64,000 nt of DNA from Carpediemonas membranifera BICM (taxonomy: Eukaryota; Protista; Fornicata). The notes beneath the pieces are model-generated. The model made no database searches. It was not told the DNA's origin and saw only the letters and a list, made by a program, of their open reading frames with translations. The translations under genes and the position numbers were made by a program. The stretch covers positions 79,507 through 143,506 of the forward strand of contig JAHDYR010000007.1 of NCBI GenBank assembly GCA_019828565.1. Direction: 5' to 3'. How positions within the stretch are numbered: the first letter of the stretch is position 1; each line of letters starts with the position of its first letter. Below are positions 35,825 through 46,950 of this stretch, piece after piece.

Positions 35825-38800
35825 CCGCCTTCCCGTGGCTGACCCGCAGTCAAGTAGGCATCTAGCGCCTCCAGCCGAGCCACCACGTAGTAGGGCTCCC
35901 ACGAGCTGGACCCGTCTGCCCACTCGACCCAGTACTCACGGCCCTGGACCTCGGAGTCCCGATGGTCCGTAATCCGGAGCACCATCAGCTCTGCAGCATC
36001 TCTCCCATTCAACTCCACTAACTGCTGTTCCGACAGTCGATCTGCTCGGAATGACTTCAGGCGGTCATTGTGAACGTCAATCTGCAAACTTGTGTCCTCC
36101 AGGCTCTGCAACTTGCATCCATGCTCCATTACCCCCAGAACCTTGTACGGTCCCTTCCATGTCGGCAATAGCTTCGCTGTTCGCACTCCTGGTAGTACCA
36201 TGACTAGTTGTCCCACTGTCCAGGACGGCACTGTCCAACCCTGCATGCGCCGCTCACGTTGGGCCAACAAACGCTGCTGTACCTCATTGGCTTGCTTCCG
36301 AACGTCCCGTATGAATAGTTGCTGCTCCTGATCCGCCTCCTCTACGTCCAGTTGGATCTTCGCCTCCACCGCCCTTGGCATAGTGCCATGCGGCTCTGGG
36401 CCGAACATGCCTTGCATAATAGCTGCGGCTGTCGTCCCTGTGGCGCTACAGAACTCAGTATTCAGCTGTCGCTGGACTATGGGGATATACTTGTGCCACT
36501 GCTCAGGCTCGCCCCAATCCAACACCATACCCCGCAACCGTGATAATACCCTGCGATTCGCCCGCTCACACCCTCCGTTCCCAGGGGGATGGTACGGGAA
36601 TGTCGTCGTCTGGCCAGAGCCGAAACGTTGCAGGATCTCCTTGATAGTCTCGTTGAGGAACTCCGTCCCTTGATCGGAATGCAGAGTCTTCATGGGTCCG
36701 TGACGCGCAATCCACCATGTTACAGCCTCTGCTGCTGACTCCGCTGTCTTGTCCTTGGTCGGGAAGATCTCCAGCCACCGGGAGAATAGGTCCACCATTA
36801 CGAACACGTACTTGTGACCCTCCTCGCTCTCCGGCGTCACCTTCATAGTATCGATTGCTACCTTCTGCATCGGGCCGTCAACCATCTCTGTGCCCATCTT
36901 CAACTTCACAGTATCGACCGAGGCAAGCTTCTGACAGGTACAGGTCGAGACAAACATCTGCACCTGGTCCCACATTCCCTTCCAGTGGTACCCCTTGTGC
37001 TTAAGCGTGTGGTACGTCGACAGACGCCCCAGGTGTTCGCCCTCGCCCTGGTGTGCCCATGTGATCAGTTGCACCTTGTCATCCTCCGTCAGCTCGCCCC
37101 GCGATGCCCGTAGGCTCATCTCTCGGCGCCGCTCGGCGTCGGCCTGTGCCTCGCGAGAGTGATCCTCTCTGGGTTCCTCGACTTCGACTTCTTCCTCCGC
37201 GCTATCCTGCACTGGTGAGTCTTCGTCGTCGCTCGCTATCTGGTAAAACTCATCGTCCATCAGTCGCTGCGGTGGTCTACGGGTCCTAGCGGGCCTATCG
37301 CTCCTTACTTGCTGTACAAATGCCCGTGACAGCGCATCCGCCACTACATTCTTCTCTCCAGCAACGTGAACCACGTTGAAACTGAATTCCTGCAGCAGTA
37401 GCTTCCAGCGTTGCACCTTCTGACTCGCGGCCTTCCGCTCCATATATAGCAAGTTCCGATGGTCCGTCTCTAGGCGGAAAGGATAGCCCTGTAGGTACAT
37501 TCTCCAGCGCCGCACGCACTCAACGATAGCACAGCACTCTTTCTCACCCACAGTCCATCGTGTCTCTGCCCCTCTGAACGCCCGGCTATAGACAGCGACT
37601 GGTTCCTCGCCCTTGTCCGTCTCCATGCATAGAATCCCTCCCAGACCGATGTCCGACGCGTCTGTTCTGACTATCAACGGCTTCTTATAGTCGATGTGTG
37701 TCAGCTTCAGGTGGTCCGCGATCGCTCTCTTCACATCGCTGAACGCGGCTTGCCTCTCGTCTGTCCAGGCCGTCTGTCGGTCCTTGAGTGCGTCATTCAG
37801 TGGGGCCAAATGCATCGCTAGGTCGGGGGTGAACCCCTGAACCAGTTCGCCAAGCCAATAAACCTCCGCAGCTGCTTCTGGGTGGTCGGCCGCTCGAACT
37901 CTTGCACTGCCCGAACCTTGTCGTCACTGATCCTGACACCGTCCTGGTCGACAATGTGTCCGAGGAACTCCACGCTCGACTGGGCAAACCTGCACTTCTC
38001 CAGGTTCGCGCGCAGCCCGTGCTTCTTGAGTCGGTCAAGCACAGTCCTGATTCGATCTCTCATCTCTTCCCGTGAGTTCGCCATTATCAGGATGTCGTCA
38101 ATATATACCAACACACCGGGAATTCCCTTGAGTACGTCGTCCATCGCCGTCTGAAAGAACGCAGGAGCATTCTTCAACCCGAACGGCAGTCTCTCGAACT
38201 CGAACAGGCCGAACGGCGTGATGAACGCCGTCTTCGCGCGGTCTTGCTCCCGAACTGCGAACTGATTATATCCCGATGTGAGGTCCAGTGTCGAGAACAG
38301 CTTTGCCCCCGCCAATTGGGCTAGTAGTCTCTTCACGTCCTTCACGGGCGCGGCCAGGGTCTTCGTTGTCGCATTCAGCCGGCGGTAGTCGACGCATAGT
38401 CGCCACGTGCCATTCTTCTTCTTAACCAATACGATAGGTGACGCGTAGCCGGACGTCGACCTCCGCACTATACCCTGCCTGAGCCACTCTTCCACCTGCT
38501 TCTGCGCCACCTCTTCCATCACGGGAGATAGCTGTCTCGCGGGTTCTCGAATCTCTTGCTCCGTCATTAGGTCGATCGGGTAAGGCGGCGCCTTTGCCGG
38601 CTCTGGCCCTAGCGGCCCGAACACCTCGCCGAACTCAGTCAGCATTGAGCTAAGCTGAGGGTCCTTCTCGGCCAGACTGTGCCGGAGTTCCGCATGTGCC
38701 TGCTGCACCCGGAACATCTCCTCCACTAGCTCGGCCTCTACTTCGCCCTCGTCCGCGTCGTCCGTGTCCTCTGCCAACAGGCCCAAGTCCTTGACCGTTT

Positions 38801-39089
38801 GGAACGGAATCAGCGTGTCTGTCACTCCGGCACACCCATACACGGTCACCCGTGCCTGCACATACGTGCCGAGCCCTCGGGCCTTCGATCGCCCGATCCA
38901 TACCTCGCACGCATTGTCTGGTCTTCGTCCGTCTCCTGTGAAAGTCTGGATCACCAGGTCGTCCGGAGGGGTGACCTCTCGTGCCCCTGCGTGCACCCGT
39001 GCGGCGACCCAGGCTGGGCTCGCCACAGCAACGTTCGCCCGCGTGTCGGGGCCGACGCGCATCCGCACCGCCGGCTTCTTCGGATTCAC
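35815..39089 (-). CDS. pol: Element A pol: protease-RT-RNase H-integrase-chromodomain (frameshift near 37820)
   Basis: WRLCVDYRRLN, LPFGLKNAP, YIDDIL, TDASD, TDHRNL, H..H..C.C, HSDQG, GPY, EYWVEWADG. Confidence 0.92.
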
Positions 39090-42000
39090 TGTCACGGGGC
39101 TACTCATATATTTATGGTCTACGTACCATTCTTTGTAAATCACACACTCGTCAATCGTTTTGCCCTTAACTGGGTCAAAGTAATTACTTCCCGACTAAGA
39201 TGGTAACGTTCGATCTAGAGATCAAAATGCCGCGGTTTTCCGCGGCGAACATCACGATAGAAGGAGTGGAGAAGTTTGAGAGAGAAGTGCGTGTAGCGAT
39301 CGCCTCCAAGCACGATTACCCGGTTGCTCTATTGCTGCCGAGCGGGCTAGCGAAGGAACTCGAGAGCTCCAAGCCCGGATTGACCGCCGAAACGGCCACA
39401 AAGGAGGAAGTCTTTGATTTTCTCCGAGAGCTCGCTGCCCCCAAGTCGCTTCAGCAGCTTAAGAAGCATCTCCGCTCCATCGACTGTCCCACAAAGGACA
39501 CCAGTGGTTATCGCACTCATCTTGCCGCCGTGCGCGATTATACGGATCGATTCAAGAGAGCCGCCGACTACGCTCAGCGCGTGGCCTCGAAGGAGCGCAA
39601 GGACGGACACCGTCGCCTGTACGGCACCAAGAAGACTAAGGTTCCAGTCCTCTCGGAGGACGGCGCCTCAGCAACGGTCGTCGAAAAGGACGTCCCCTGG
39701 ACCGCAGACGAAGTCGCGGCCAAGCGGGCCGAGGCCTTCGAAAAGACCGCATCCAAGATGTGCATGACGAGGCTTAAGCCCCAGATATTGTACGAGCGAG
39801 TAGAGATGGAACGTTCTCTGCTCCGCCCTAGCAAGCTCATCGACCTAATCGAGCTCATCAAGCTCGAGGCCGAATGCCTTGACGACGAACCTCCTACTGA
39901 GGAGGTCACGGAAGGCAAGCGCAAGGCCCCAGTGGCCGACGCTCAACGTAACCTGCGGCACCCCCGTGGAGGCAGTGGCCAATCGGGTACCGCCCGTGTC
40001 GCTGAACCACAAGCCCAGACTCCCGCAGCCACGACGGCAACGCAGCCCAGCAAGCCGCGCAAGCCTTTCAGACCATGCAGGATCTGCCAGGGTAGCCACT
40101 ATGACTGGGAGTGCCCCCAGAAGAAGGGTCGCCACGATCAGGGCGGGCTGCGCCCGCACCCGAAGAAGGTCGACCCCCGCTCGCGCGAGGCTAACTTGGC
40201 AGTCAGCGAAGAAGCCGTCGTCGTCCAGGCCATGATAAATGGCCATGAATACAACGTCTATGTCGACACTGGAGCATCGATCTCCTTCATTGGGAGCCAG
40301 GCTGTTTATGAGTTGATCCCAAAAGCCGACACGAAGATCATCCAGCTCGATAGCGAGTTAATGGTGAGAACAGCTAATGCTACAGTCCGGTGCTCTAGTG
40401 CCGTGAGAATGCAGCTGTGTATACCGTCCATCAGCGACTGGCCAGTAGAGTTCACAACTTTGTTCGTCATTCTCCCGGGCCTAAAGGATAAGGTCATCAT
40501 GGGATGCAGCACGCTCCGAGAACTGGGACTCCTGAACGACGAAGAACTCCATATCAGATTTAAGCAGCCCGAAGAGGCAGAGAACGATACGGCCACGGAG
40601 CCCTTCACTCCAGAGTACATGGCCGCACTAGCAACGTCTGACAAGAGCGAACTGGAGAAGATCACGCTCGTTGATGACGACGATGGGCGAATCAAAGCGC
40701 TGTGCGAAGAGTTCAGCGAGATCTTCGACAGAGAGCTGCCCAGAGAAGGCAGCGCCCTGCCAAGAGCACGAGTACCGCTCGACGAGTCGGTGCCGTTCCA
40801 CCGACACCTCAAAGCACGGCCCCTGAAGCCGGGTGTGAGAGAGCGGGTCCAAGAGGAACTAAGAAGTCTCGAGAGCAAGGGCCTGATCCAAGACGCCTCG
40901 GGGCCGTATGCCTCTCCGGTGGTAGCAGTCCTCACAGGACATAAGGGCTCGTCCAAGCTACGTCTGTGTGGAGACTACTCGGAGATTAACAAGGCGACGG
41001 TCCGCGACCGATATCCGCTCCCCGACATCCGGTCCTTCATCACAGAAGCAGCAGGATCCACAAGATTCGGTTGCATGGACCTCAGAGAGGGGTATCACCA
41101 GATACTGATGGAGCCAGAGGACATACCGAAGACGGCTATCATCACACCAGATGGCTACAAGGAGTACACCCGCCTGCCCTTCGGCCTCACCAACGCGCCC
41201 GCACATTTCCAGAGAGCCATGGATTCTGCCTTTGCTCCACTGAGACAGCGGGGCGTGAGTGCCTATCTCGACGACATTCGAGTACACGCAGGGTCGACAG
41301 ACGAGTTCATCGAGCGTCTTCGGGCGTCCTTCGAGACTTGTCGTCAATATAGACTCCGACTGAAAGCCGAGAAGTGCATCTTCGGGGCCCGGTCCGTTGA
41401 GATTGTGGGCTATATATGCGACAAGGATGGATACAGACTGTCTCACCAACGTGTAGAAGCAGTTAAGAACATCAGACGTCCCAGAACACTGAAAGAGCTG
41501 CAGACAACGCTCGGATCGTTTAACTACGTCTCAAAGTTTGTGCACGACTCCTCTCGGATGCTTCGACCACTTCAGAACCTTAAGAAAGGTGGCAATAGGG
41601 ACATTGAAGGTCGCTGGGATGCACGCTGCCAAGAAGCGTTCGACAACTTCAAGGAGAAGCTCTCGGCGACAACAAGCTTAGCCTTCCCGGACCTGACCAA
41701 GAAGTGGACGCTTCACACCGACGCCTCCAACGAAGGGTTCGGAGGTATGCTCACACAACGATCAGAGGACGGAGCCGAAGAGCTCGTCAGCCTCTTCTCG
41801 GGCACATTTACCGAGACGCAAAGCAGATGGAGCACATATGAGCAGGAGCTCTACGCTATCCTGTACGCCGTGACGCGCCCGGACCTGACGGCCCTGTTCA
41901 AGATCCATCCGCACTTTAAGGTCATGTCGGATCACCGCAACCTAGTTTACCTCAATAACAAGAAGTATGTGAACGACAAGATCCTAAGGTGGTCCTTGAT

Positions 42001-43606
42001 ACTTTCGGATTACCATTTTACCGTTTCACACGTCGCAGGATCGTCCAACGTTGTGGCTGATCATCTTTCCAGAATATCCAACACATTGCTGGTTGCTTTG
42101 GAGAATACAGCCAATAGCTTCACACAACTGATCAAAGACACGCAAGAACGTGACTTCTCAGACGAGGAGCGCGAACAGTACAAGAACATTCAGCACGACG
42201 GGATAATCACGGTGGAAGGTATTCCCGTGATCCCGCAGGCCTCGGCAGAGCTTAAGCGACGTATACTGAAGCACGCTCATCGCTGGCATGAAGGCCGAGA
42301 CAAGACAATACAGAAGGCCAAGGAGATTGGCATTTGGGCCGGCCTGGCGAGTGACGCTAGCAACACCGTCAAGACGTGCCCCGTCTGCGCAAAGACGCGG
42401 ATTAGACAATACATCCAGGACAACAAGATCTTCAGAACCACGAGCACGACGCCCTGGAGGTCCATCGCGATCGACACGATCGGTCCGATTAGCATGGACT
42501 CCGAAGGCAACCGATACATCTATGTCATCACCGACTTATGCACACGGTACACCGAGCTTATGCCATCACACGCCAACGACGCAGAGAGCGCCACCAAGGC
42601 CCTGTGGCAGAGTGTCCTGAGACACGGTATCCCGCAGTATATCAAGTCCGACAACGGCGTCGAATACACCAACAAGCTCGTGGAGGGCCTAGTAGAGACA
42701 CTTAAGACCCACCACCAATATACCCTCCCCTACAGCCCGGAGTCCAACGGAGTTGTTGAACGTCGCAACGGAGAGGTCATGAGACACATTCGATGGATGG
42801 TGTTGGCAATGGACAGTTTTGATCATTGGTCTCACGTCTTGCCGCTAGCACAACACATTTTGAACAACACTACGCACTCAGATACGGGATTCTCCCCCAA
42901 TGAGCTCATCTATGGCCGGCGCAACGACATCGGCCGGGTTCAGCTAGGCGACGTGATGACGTCGAATGAGCCGGAGGGGGAGGTAAGGAATGCCGCGGAC
43001 TACCTGAGAGCGCTTCGTGATCTGCAACAGCTCGCTGACGAGACATTAGTTGACGAGGGCTCAGAGGACTTCCGCAAGTTCAAGGAAGAGGTCATCGAGC
43101 CTGGAATGCTGGTTTTCAAGAGACCAGTGACGAAGAACAAGCTACACGGACTGCTTGGGCCCTACAAGGTCCTGGCCCAGAAAGGTAAGGCCGTGGAACT
43201 CGAGTCGGTCCTTGAACAACGCAGAGAGGTTGTCCACAGGTCCAAGCTCGCACCGTGCCCGGCTATAGAGCTGACTCAAGCCCGACAGATGCGGGCGTCA
43301 GACGACGAGTTATACGTCGCTGAAGAGATTGTCAAGCATCGCGCGAAGACGCACGAGCTGCTGATCAGATGGGAGGGCTATAAGATCCCCACCTGGGAGA
43401 AGTACTCCACAGCTAACAAGCACCTGGGCATCGTCCAGGACTACCTCCGTCGGCATCGCCTACGATGGCGCCCCGTTCAGTTTGAGAACAATCCCTGAGA
43501 AGGAGAGAGGGGGTAGGATGTCACGGGGCTACTCATATATTTATGGTCTACGTACCATTCTTTGTAAATCACACACTCGTCAATCGTTTTGCCCTTAACT
43601 GGGTCA
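39090..43606 (+). mobile_element. Intact Ty3/Gypsy chromodomain LTR retrotransposon C, inserted in A in the opposite orientation
   Basis: Identical 88-bp LTRs at 39090-39177 and 43519-43606; 4-bp TSD TCAC; PPT GAGAAGGAGAGAGGGGGTAGGA. Confidence 0.97.
39200..43498 (+). CDS. Element C single-ORF gag-pol polyprotein (1432 aa)
   Basis: CCHC CRICQGSHYDWEC, protease VDTGA, RT YLDD, RNase H TDAS, integrase KSDNG/VERRN, GPY, chromodomain LLIRWEGY. Confidence 0.97.
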   Translation: MVTFDLEIKMPRFSAANITIEGVEKFEREVRVAIASKHDYPVALLLPSGLAKELESSKPGLTAETATKEEVFDFLRELAAPKSLQQLKKHLRSIDCPTKDTSGYRTHLAAVRDYTDRFKRAADYAQRVASKERKDGHRRLYGTKKTKVPVLSEDGASATVVEKDVPWTADEVAAKRAEAFEKTASKMCMTRLKPQILYERVEMERSLLRPSKLIDLIELIKLEAECLDDEPPTEEVTEGKRKAPVADAQRNLRHPRGGSGQSGTARVAEPQAQTPAATTATQPSKPRKPFRPCRICQGSHYDWECPQKKGRHDQGGLRPHPKKVDPRSREANLAVSEEAVVVQAMINGHEYNVYVDTGASISFIGSQAVYELIPKADTKIIQLDSELMVRTANATVRCSSAVRMQLCIPSISDWPVEFTTLFVILPGLKDKVIMGCSTLRELGLLNDEELHIRFKQPEEAENDTATEPFTPEYMAALATSDKSELEKITLVDDDDGRIKALCEEFSEIFDRELPREGSALPRARVPLDESVPFHRHLKARPLKPGVRERVQEELRSLESKGLIQDASGPYASPVVAVLTGHKGSSKLRLCGDYSEINKATVRDRYPLPDIRSFITEAAGSTRFGCMDLREGYHQILMEPEDIPKTAIITPDGYKEYTRLPFGLTNAPAHFQRAMDSAFAPLRQRGVSAYLDDIRVHAGSTDEFIERLRASFETCRQYRLRLKAEKCIFGARSVEIVGYICDKDGYRLSHQRVEAVKNIRRPRTLKELQTTLGSFNYVSKFVHDSSRMLRPLQNLKKGGNRDIEGRWDARCQEAFDNFKEKLSATTSLAFPDLTKKWTLHTDASNEGFGGMLTQRSEDGAEELVSLFSGTFTETQSRWSTYEQELYAILYAVTRPDLTALFKIHPHFKVMSDHRNLVYLNNKKYVNDKILRWSLILSDYHFTVSHVAGSSNVVADHLSRISNTLLVALENTANSFTQLIKDTQERDFSDEEREQYKNIQHDGIITVEGIPVIPQASAELKRRILKHAHRWHEGRDKTIQKAKEIGIWAGLASDASNTVKTCPVCAKTRIRQYIQDNKIFRTTSTTPWRSIAIDTIGPISMDSEGNRYIYVITDLCTRYTELMPSHANDAESATKALWQSVLRHGIPQYIKSDNGVEYTNKLVEGLVETLKTHHQYTLPYSPESNGVVERRNGEVMRHIRWMVLAMDSFDHWSHVLPLAQHILNNTTHSDTGFSPNELIYGRRNDIGRVQLGDVMTSNEPEGEVRNAADYLRALRDLQQLADETLVDEGSEDFRKFKEEVIEPGMLVFKRPVTKNKLHGLLGPYKVLAQKGKAVELESVLEQRREVVHRSKLAPCPAIELTQARQMRASDDELYVAEEIVKHRAKTHELLIRWEGYKIPTWEKYSTANKHLGIVQDYLRRHRLRWRPVQFENNP

Positions 43607-44335
43607 TCACGCGAACATCCATAACCAACTCCCACGTGTGTGCGTACTTCTCAGCCTTTACAGACTGCACCTTCCACCGCGGGTGACCTTCGGGGATAGG
43701 GCCCCGGGTCAGTCGGCCGTACTGCTTCTTGTCCTTGTCGTACTCCCGGTACCAGCCGTGGAGCAGCTCCGCATCCTTAGCCTGGCAGCGGCCAACCTTG
43801 TGACCCACTCCGCCACAAGCATAACACTTGAACCTGGCCTCCCGTACACCCGCGCCTTGAGACGATGTCTGAGCCTCCTTCCGCTCAACCGGCTCATCTT
43901 GCCGGGTCTTGGCCTTCTTTCCCGGTCGGGTGACCAGGCCAGTGCGAAGCGCCTTCGCGATGCACTCATCGTAGTCCTCGGCGAGTTCCGCTGCCCGGGC
44001 CTGAACCTTCTCGAGGGTATCGTCGCTGACACCCTCCCTCTTCAGGTCTCTGCGAGTGCTGTGTTCTGGATCAGCTTGCGGTACGTGCGGATAGTCTCCT
44101 TCGGCTTGGGCGTCGCCGACTCGGTCACGTACTCGAGGAACTGATTCACACGAGCGTTGACCAGCGAGACGCGTTCCTTAAGAGAGTCTCCCTTGTACGA
44201 GACCTCCACCTGCGCCATCTTGGTAAGCGTGTCCGCCGCGTCCACGGGCGACACGATGTTGGTCAGAGCGGTACGTAACTGGTCCTCCGTATCGACCGGG
44301 CCGCTCCTTCCCTTCAGCTCTGCCTCAACAGGCGC
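43607..44335 (-). pseudogene. Central gag fragment of element A between insertions B and C
   Basis: Joins in frame to 59787-60039 across the GCGC TSD (..TQLVA-PVEAELK..) and to 39089 across the TCAC TSD; one internal frameshift. Confidence 0.8.
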
Positions 44336-44420
44336 TGTGCCATTGTTGGCTTGCGCAGGTAGATCTGTTTACATAAACTGCACTGGCTCTCACTTCCCTC
44401 CTCAAGGCGAAGCTAGCCAG

Positions 44421-45926
44421 CTAACGGCGGCCATTGCCCCGGAACTTCCGCTTGTAACGTGCGAAGAGGGGCGTGAGACCTGGGTTGAGGCGTAGGTAGT
44501 CATCCAGGGCGGCGAGGCGGTCGTAATATGCGTTATACGGAATGTACGAGTCCTCGGAGTCTTCTAGGCCTTCCCAGCGGACGAGGAGCTCGAGGCGTCG
44601 GTTGCGCTCGCGGTGGCCGACGATGGCGGAGACTTGTTGTTCGTCTTGTTCGTATGCGGCGATGCGCTCGAGTGTCTTGAGGTCTGCTGTGCCTGGGTCG
44701 AAGCGAATGAGGCGGTCCTGGTGGACGAGCAGCTCGGACTTGGTGACGAGGTCACGGAGGACGAATGTGTTGGGGCTCTTCCCTTCCCTGAGGAGTTGTA
44801 GCGGGCCGCGGACTGGAGGCAGAATCTTGGATGGGGCCTTGTGAGGATATCTCAGGAGCACTAGGCGTTCGAGTTTCCAGTCGAAGTTGTCCGCCGGTTG
44901 GGTTTGTGCGGCCTTGTGACGCTCGTATGCGGCGATCTTCGCGCGGGCTGCGTCGTGCATGGCCTGTATGTCGGTGTGGAATGCGTTAATGGCCTGGATG
45001 GTAGGTGTGTCTTGCGTCGCCTTGGCGGCGCTGATGATGCGTGACTCCGGGAGGGCCGTGAGCGCGGACGTGTGTCCGAAAAGCAGCTCGAACGGCGTGA
45101 AGCCGGTAGTCGAGTGTGTCGAAGTGTTGATATTGTGTTGCACGATTGGGATAAGTGCGGGCCAGTCGGTCGTTTCTGAGTCTAGTAGCAGGGCGCGCAG
45201 TCTGCGCATGATGGTCCCATTGACTCTCTCGACAACGCCGTTACTCTGTGGGTGGTACGCCGTGGAGAACCTGTGGTTCAGGCTGATCTTCTTGTTGAGA
45301 GCGGCGATGGTTGAGTTCTTGAACTGACTTCCCTGGTCTGTCTGGATCAGGCTGGGTGCGCCGAAGAGCGACCACACCTGGAGCATCGCGTCGGCGGCTT
45401 CTTCTGCCGAGGTTGACGCAACCGGCTTGAGCACAGTGAACTTGCTGAAGACGTCGATGAACACGATCACGTGAGCGAGGCCATTTGTCTTTGGAAGCGG
45501 GCCGAGCGTGTCTATCTGCACCGCCTCGAATGGGCGGGTCTTCTGGGTCGTATGCCACTGGGCCTTGGCGATGGGGTGGGATTTGAGCTTCTGGCAGACT
45601 GGGCAAGTCGCGACGTGCTCCGCGACGTCTGAGTTCATGGAAGACCAGGTCTTGCCGGCTTCCTTGAGATGGGCGATCGTTTGTTTGATCGAAGCATGGC
45701 CGTTGGCTCCAGCGTGGGCCTGCTGAATGTCGAAGCGGTGGGTGCTGCTGGCGATTTCGCTGATCGCCGCGCCGCTGGGGCGGGAGAGGGCGTCCGCGAC
45801 GACGTTAGTTGTCCCTGCGATATGCATGATGTCGAAGGGGTACTCGGATAGGATGAGTCTCCATCGCGTGAGCTTGCGCGTCCCTTCCTCAGCCTTGCGA
45901 ATCATCCACACGATGTTCTTGTGATC
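44421..45926 (-). CDS. pol: Element B pol 3' part: RNase H end, integrase, chromodomain
   Basis: NVVADALSR, H..H..CPVC, QTDQG, NGVVERVN, LLVRWEG. Confidence 0.92.
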   Translation of the reverse strand, partial: DHKNIVWMIRKAEEGTRKLTRWRLILSEYPFDIMHIAGTTNVVADALSRPSGAAISEIASSTHRFDIQQAHAGANGHASIKQTIAHLKEAGKTWSSMNSDVAEHVATCPVCQKLKSHPIAKAQWHTTQKTRPFEAVQIDTLGPLPKTNGLAHVIVFIDVFSKFTVLKPVASTSAEEAADAMLQVWSLFGAPSLIQTDQGSQFKNSTIAALNKKISLNHRFSTAYHPQSNGVVERVNGTIMRRLRALLLDSETTDWPALIPIVQHNINTSTHSTTGFTPFELLFGHTSALTALPESRIISAAKATQDTPTIQAINAFHTDIQAMHDAARAKIAAYERHKAAQTQPADNFDWKLERLVLLRYPHKAPSKILPPVRGPLQLLREGKSPNTFVLRDLVTKSELLVHQDRLIRFDPGTADLKTLERIAAYEQDEQQVSAIVGHRERNRRLELLVRWEGLEDSEDSYIPYNAYYDRLAALDDYLRLNPGLTPLFARYKRKFRGNGRR

Positions 45927-46950
45927 GAAAGAAAGAAAGAAAGAAATTTAACGTATCCTGTACACCTGTGTAAATCAGGGAATTACCAGTTTGCACCACC
46001 CCATGTCCCCGGGAACGCCTTAGCGTGTTGACTTCCCTTCGTGAGCGAGCCTGATACTACGTTGGGGGCGTTAGCACCATCACCGTCAGGGTCCAGCTGG
46101 TAAGGCTGGGTAGTCCCTTGCATGTTGACCTATCAACTGGCTGGCCCGATACCCCCAAAGTCGGGATAACCCAGGTCTTACTCTTGGGGGTCCTTCGGGC
46201 CCCCGTTCTGCCTGGCACCCGCAAGGCCTTGCCCTGCACACCCGCCACCGGGGCCTTCTGCTCGGTTTCCCCCTACAGGGCTCCTCTCAGGGATATGTTC
46301 TCCATACCATTCGACCCAGTTTGCAATTTTTCAGGCACCCGCCGAAGCGGTTTCGGGCTTGGCGTTTGCCGTACCACGCAATTGGGCCAGTTATGAAACC
46401 CACCGATCATCGCTGGGTAGCTATATGATTCACGGCTGCGTTCGGGCTCTTCCACACTTTCCGTTCCGGCATGGATCCCCTCCTCAAGGATTTGTTCCCT
46501 ATAGGGCTTCTTCCTAGCTTCCGGCTGGTTCCAAGTTTTGGGTGCCGGGCCGTTCGGCGCAGCTCTGATTTGGTCCAGGTGCCGCCCAGGTGGTATTGTT
46601 GCCTTATGGTTACCCTCCTGTTTGGCTGCTGCGCCCCGATACCTCGCACGTACGTGTATACATGTGCATACGTGCCCCGCCCTATGGCTCTGGGTTATTT
46701 CTTATACGTGTGAAGAGTGTGCCGGTTCTGCCGGCTGAATGTTGTCTACGTTCCCAGTATGGGTGAGCGTTTGTGTGTTAGCGAGATTAGTGTTCGGGGT
46801 TGAGTCCCCCTTCCGCGGCTGGGTGCTACCGGGATACGTGGGGCTTGCGTCCCCCGCTGATCCCAGGAGCGCTCCGCTTCGGTTGAGGCGGGGGGTTGGG
46901 TCCCAGTTTGACCCTGGTCCCAGAGGTCATAGGATTCTGGGATGGTGTAC

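Noticed and set aside
46646-46675. Palindromic GCACGTACGTGTATACATGTGCATACGTGC in the LINE 3' UTR as an RNA gene
   Set aside because: Alternating purine-pyrimidine low complexity gives such symmetry easily; no other support.
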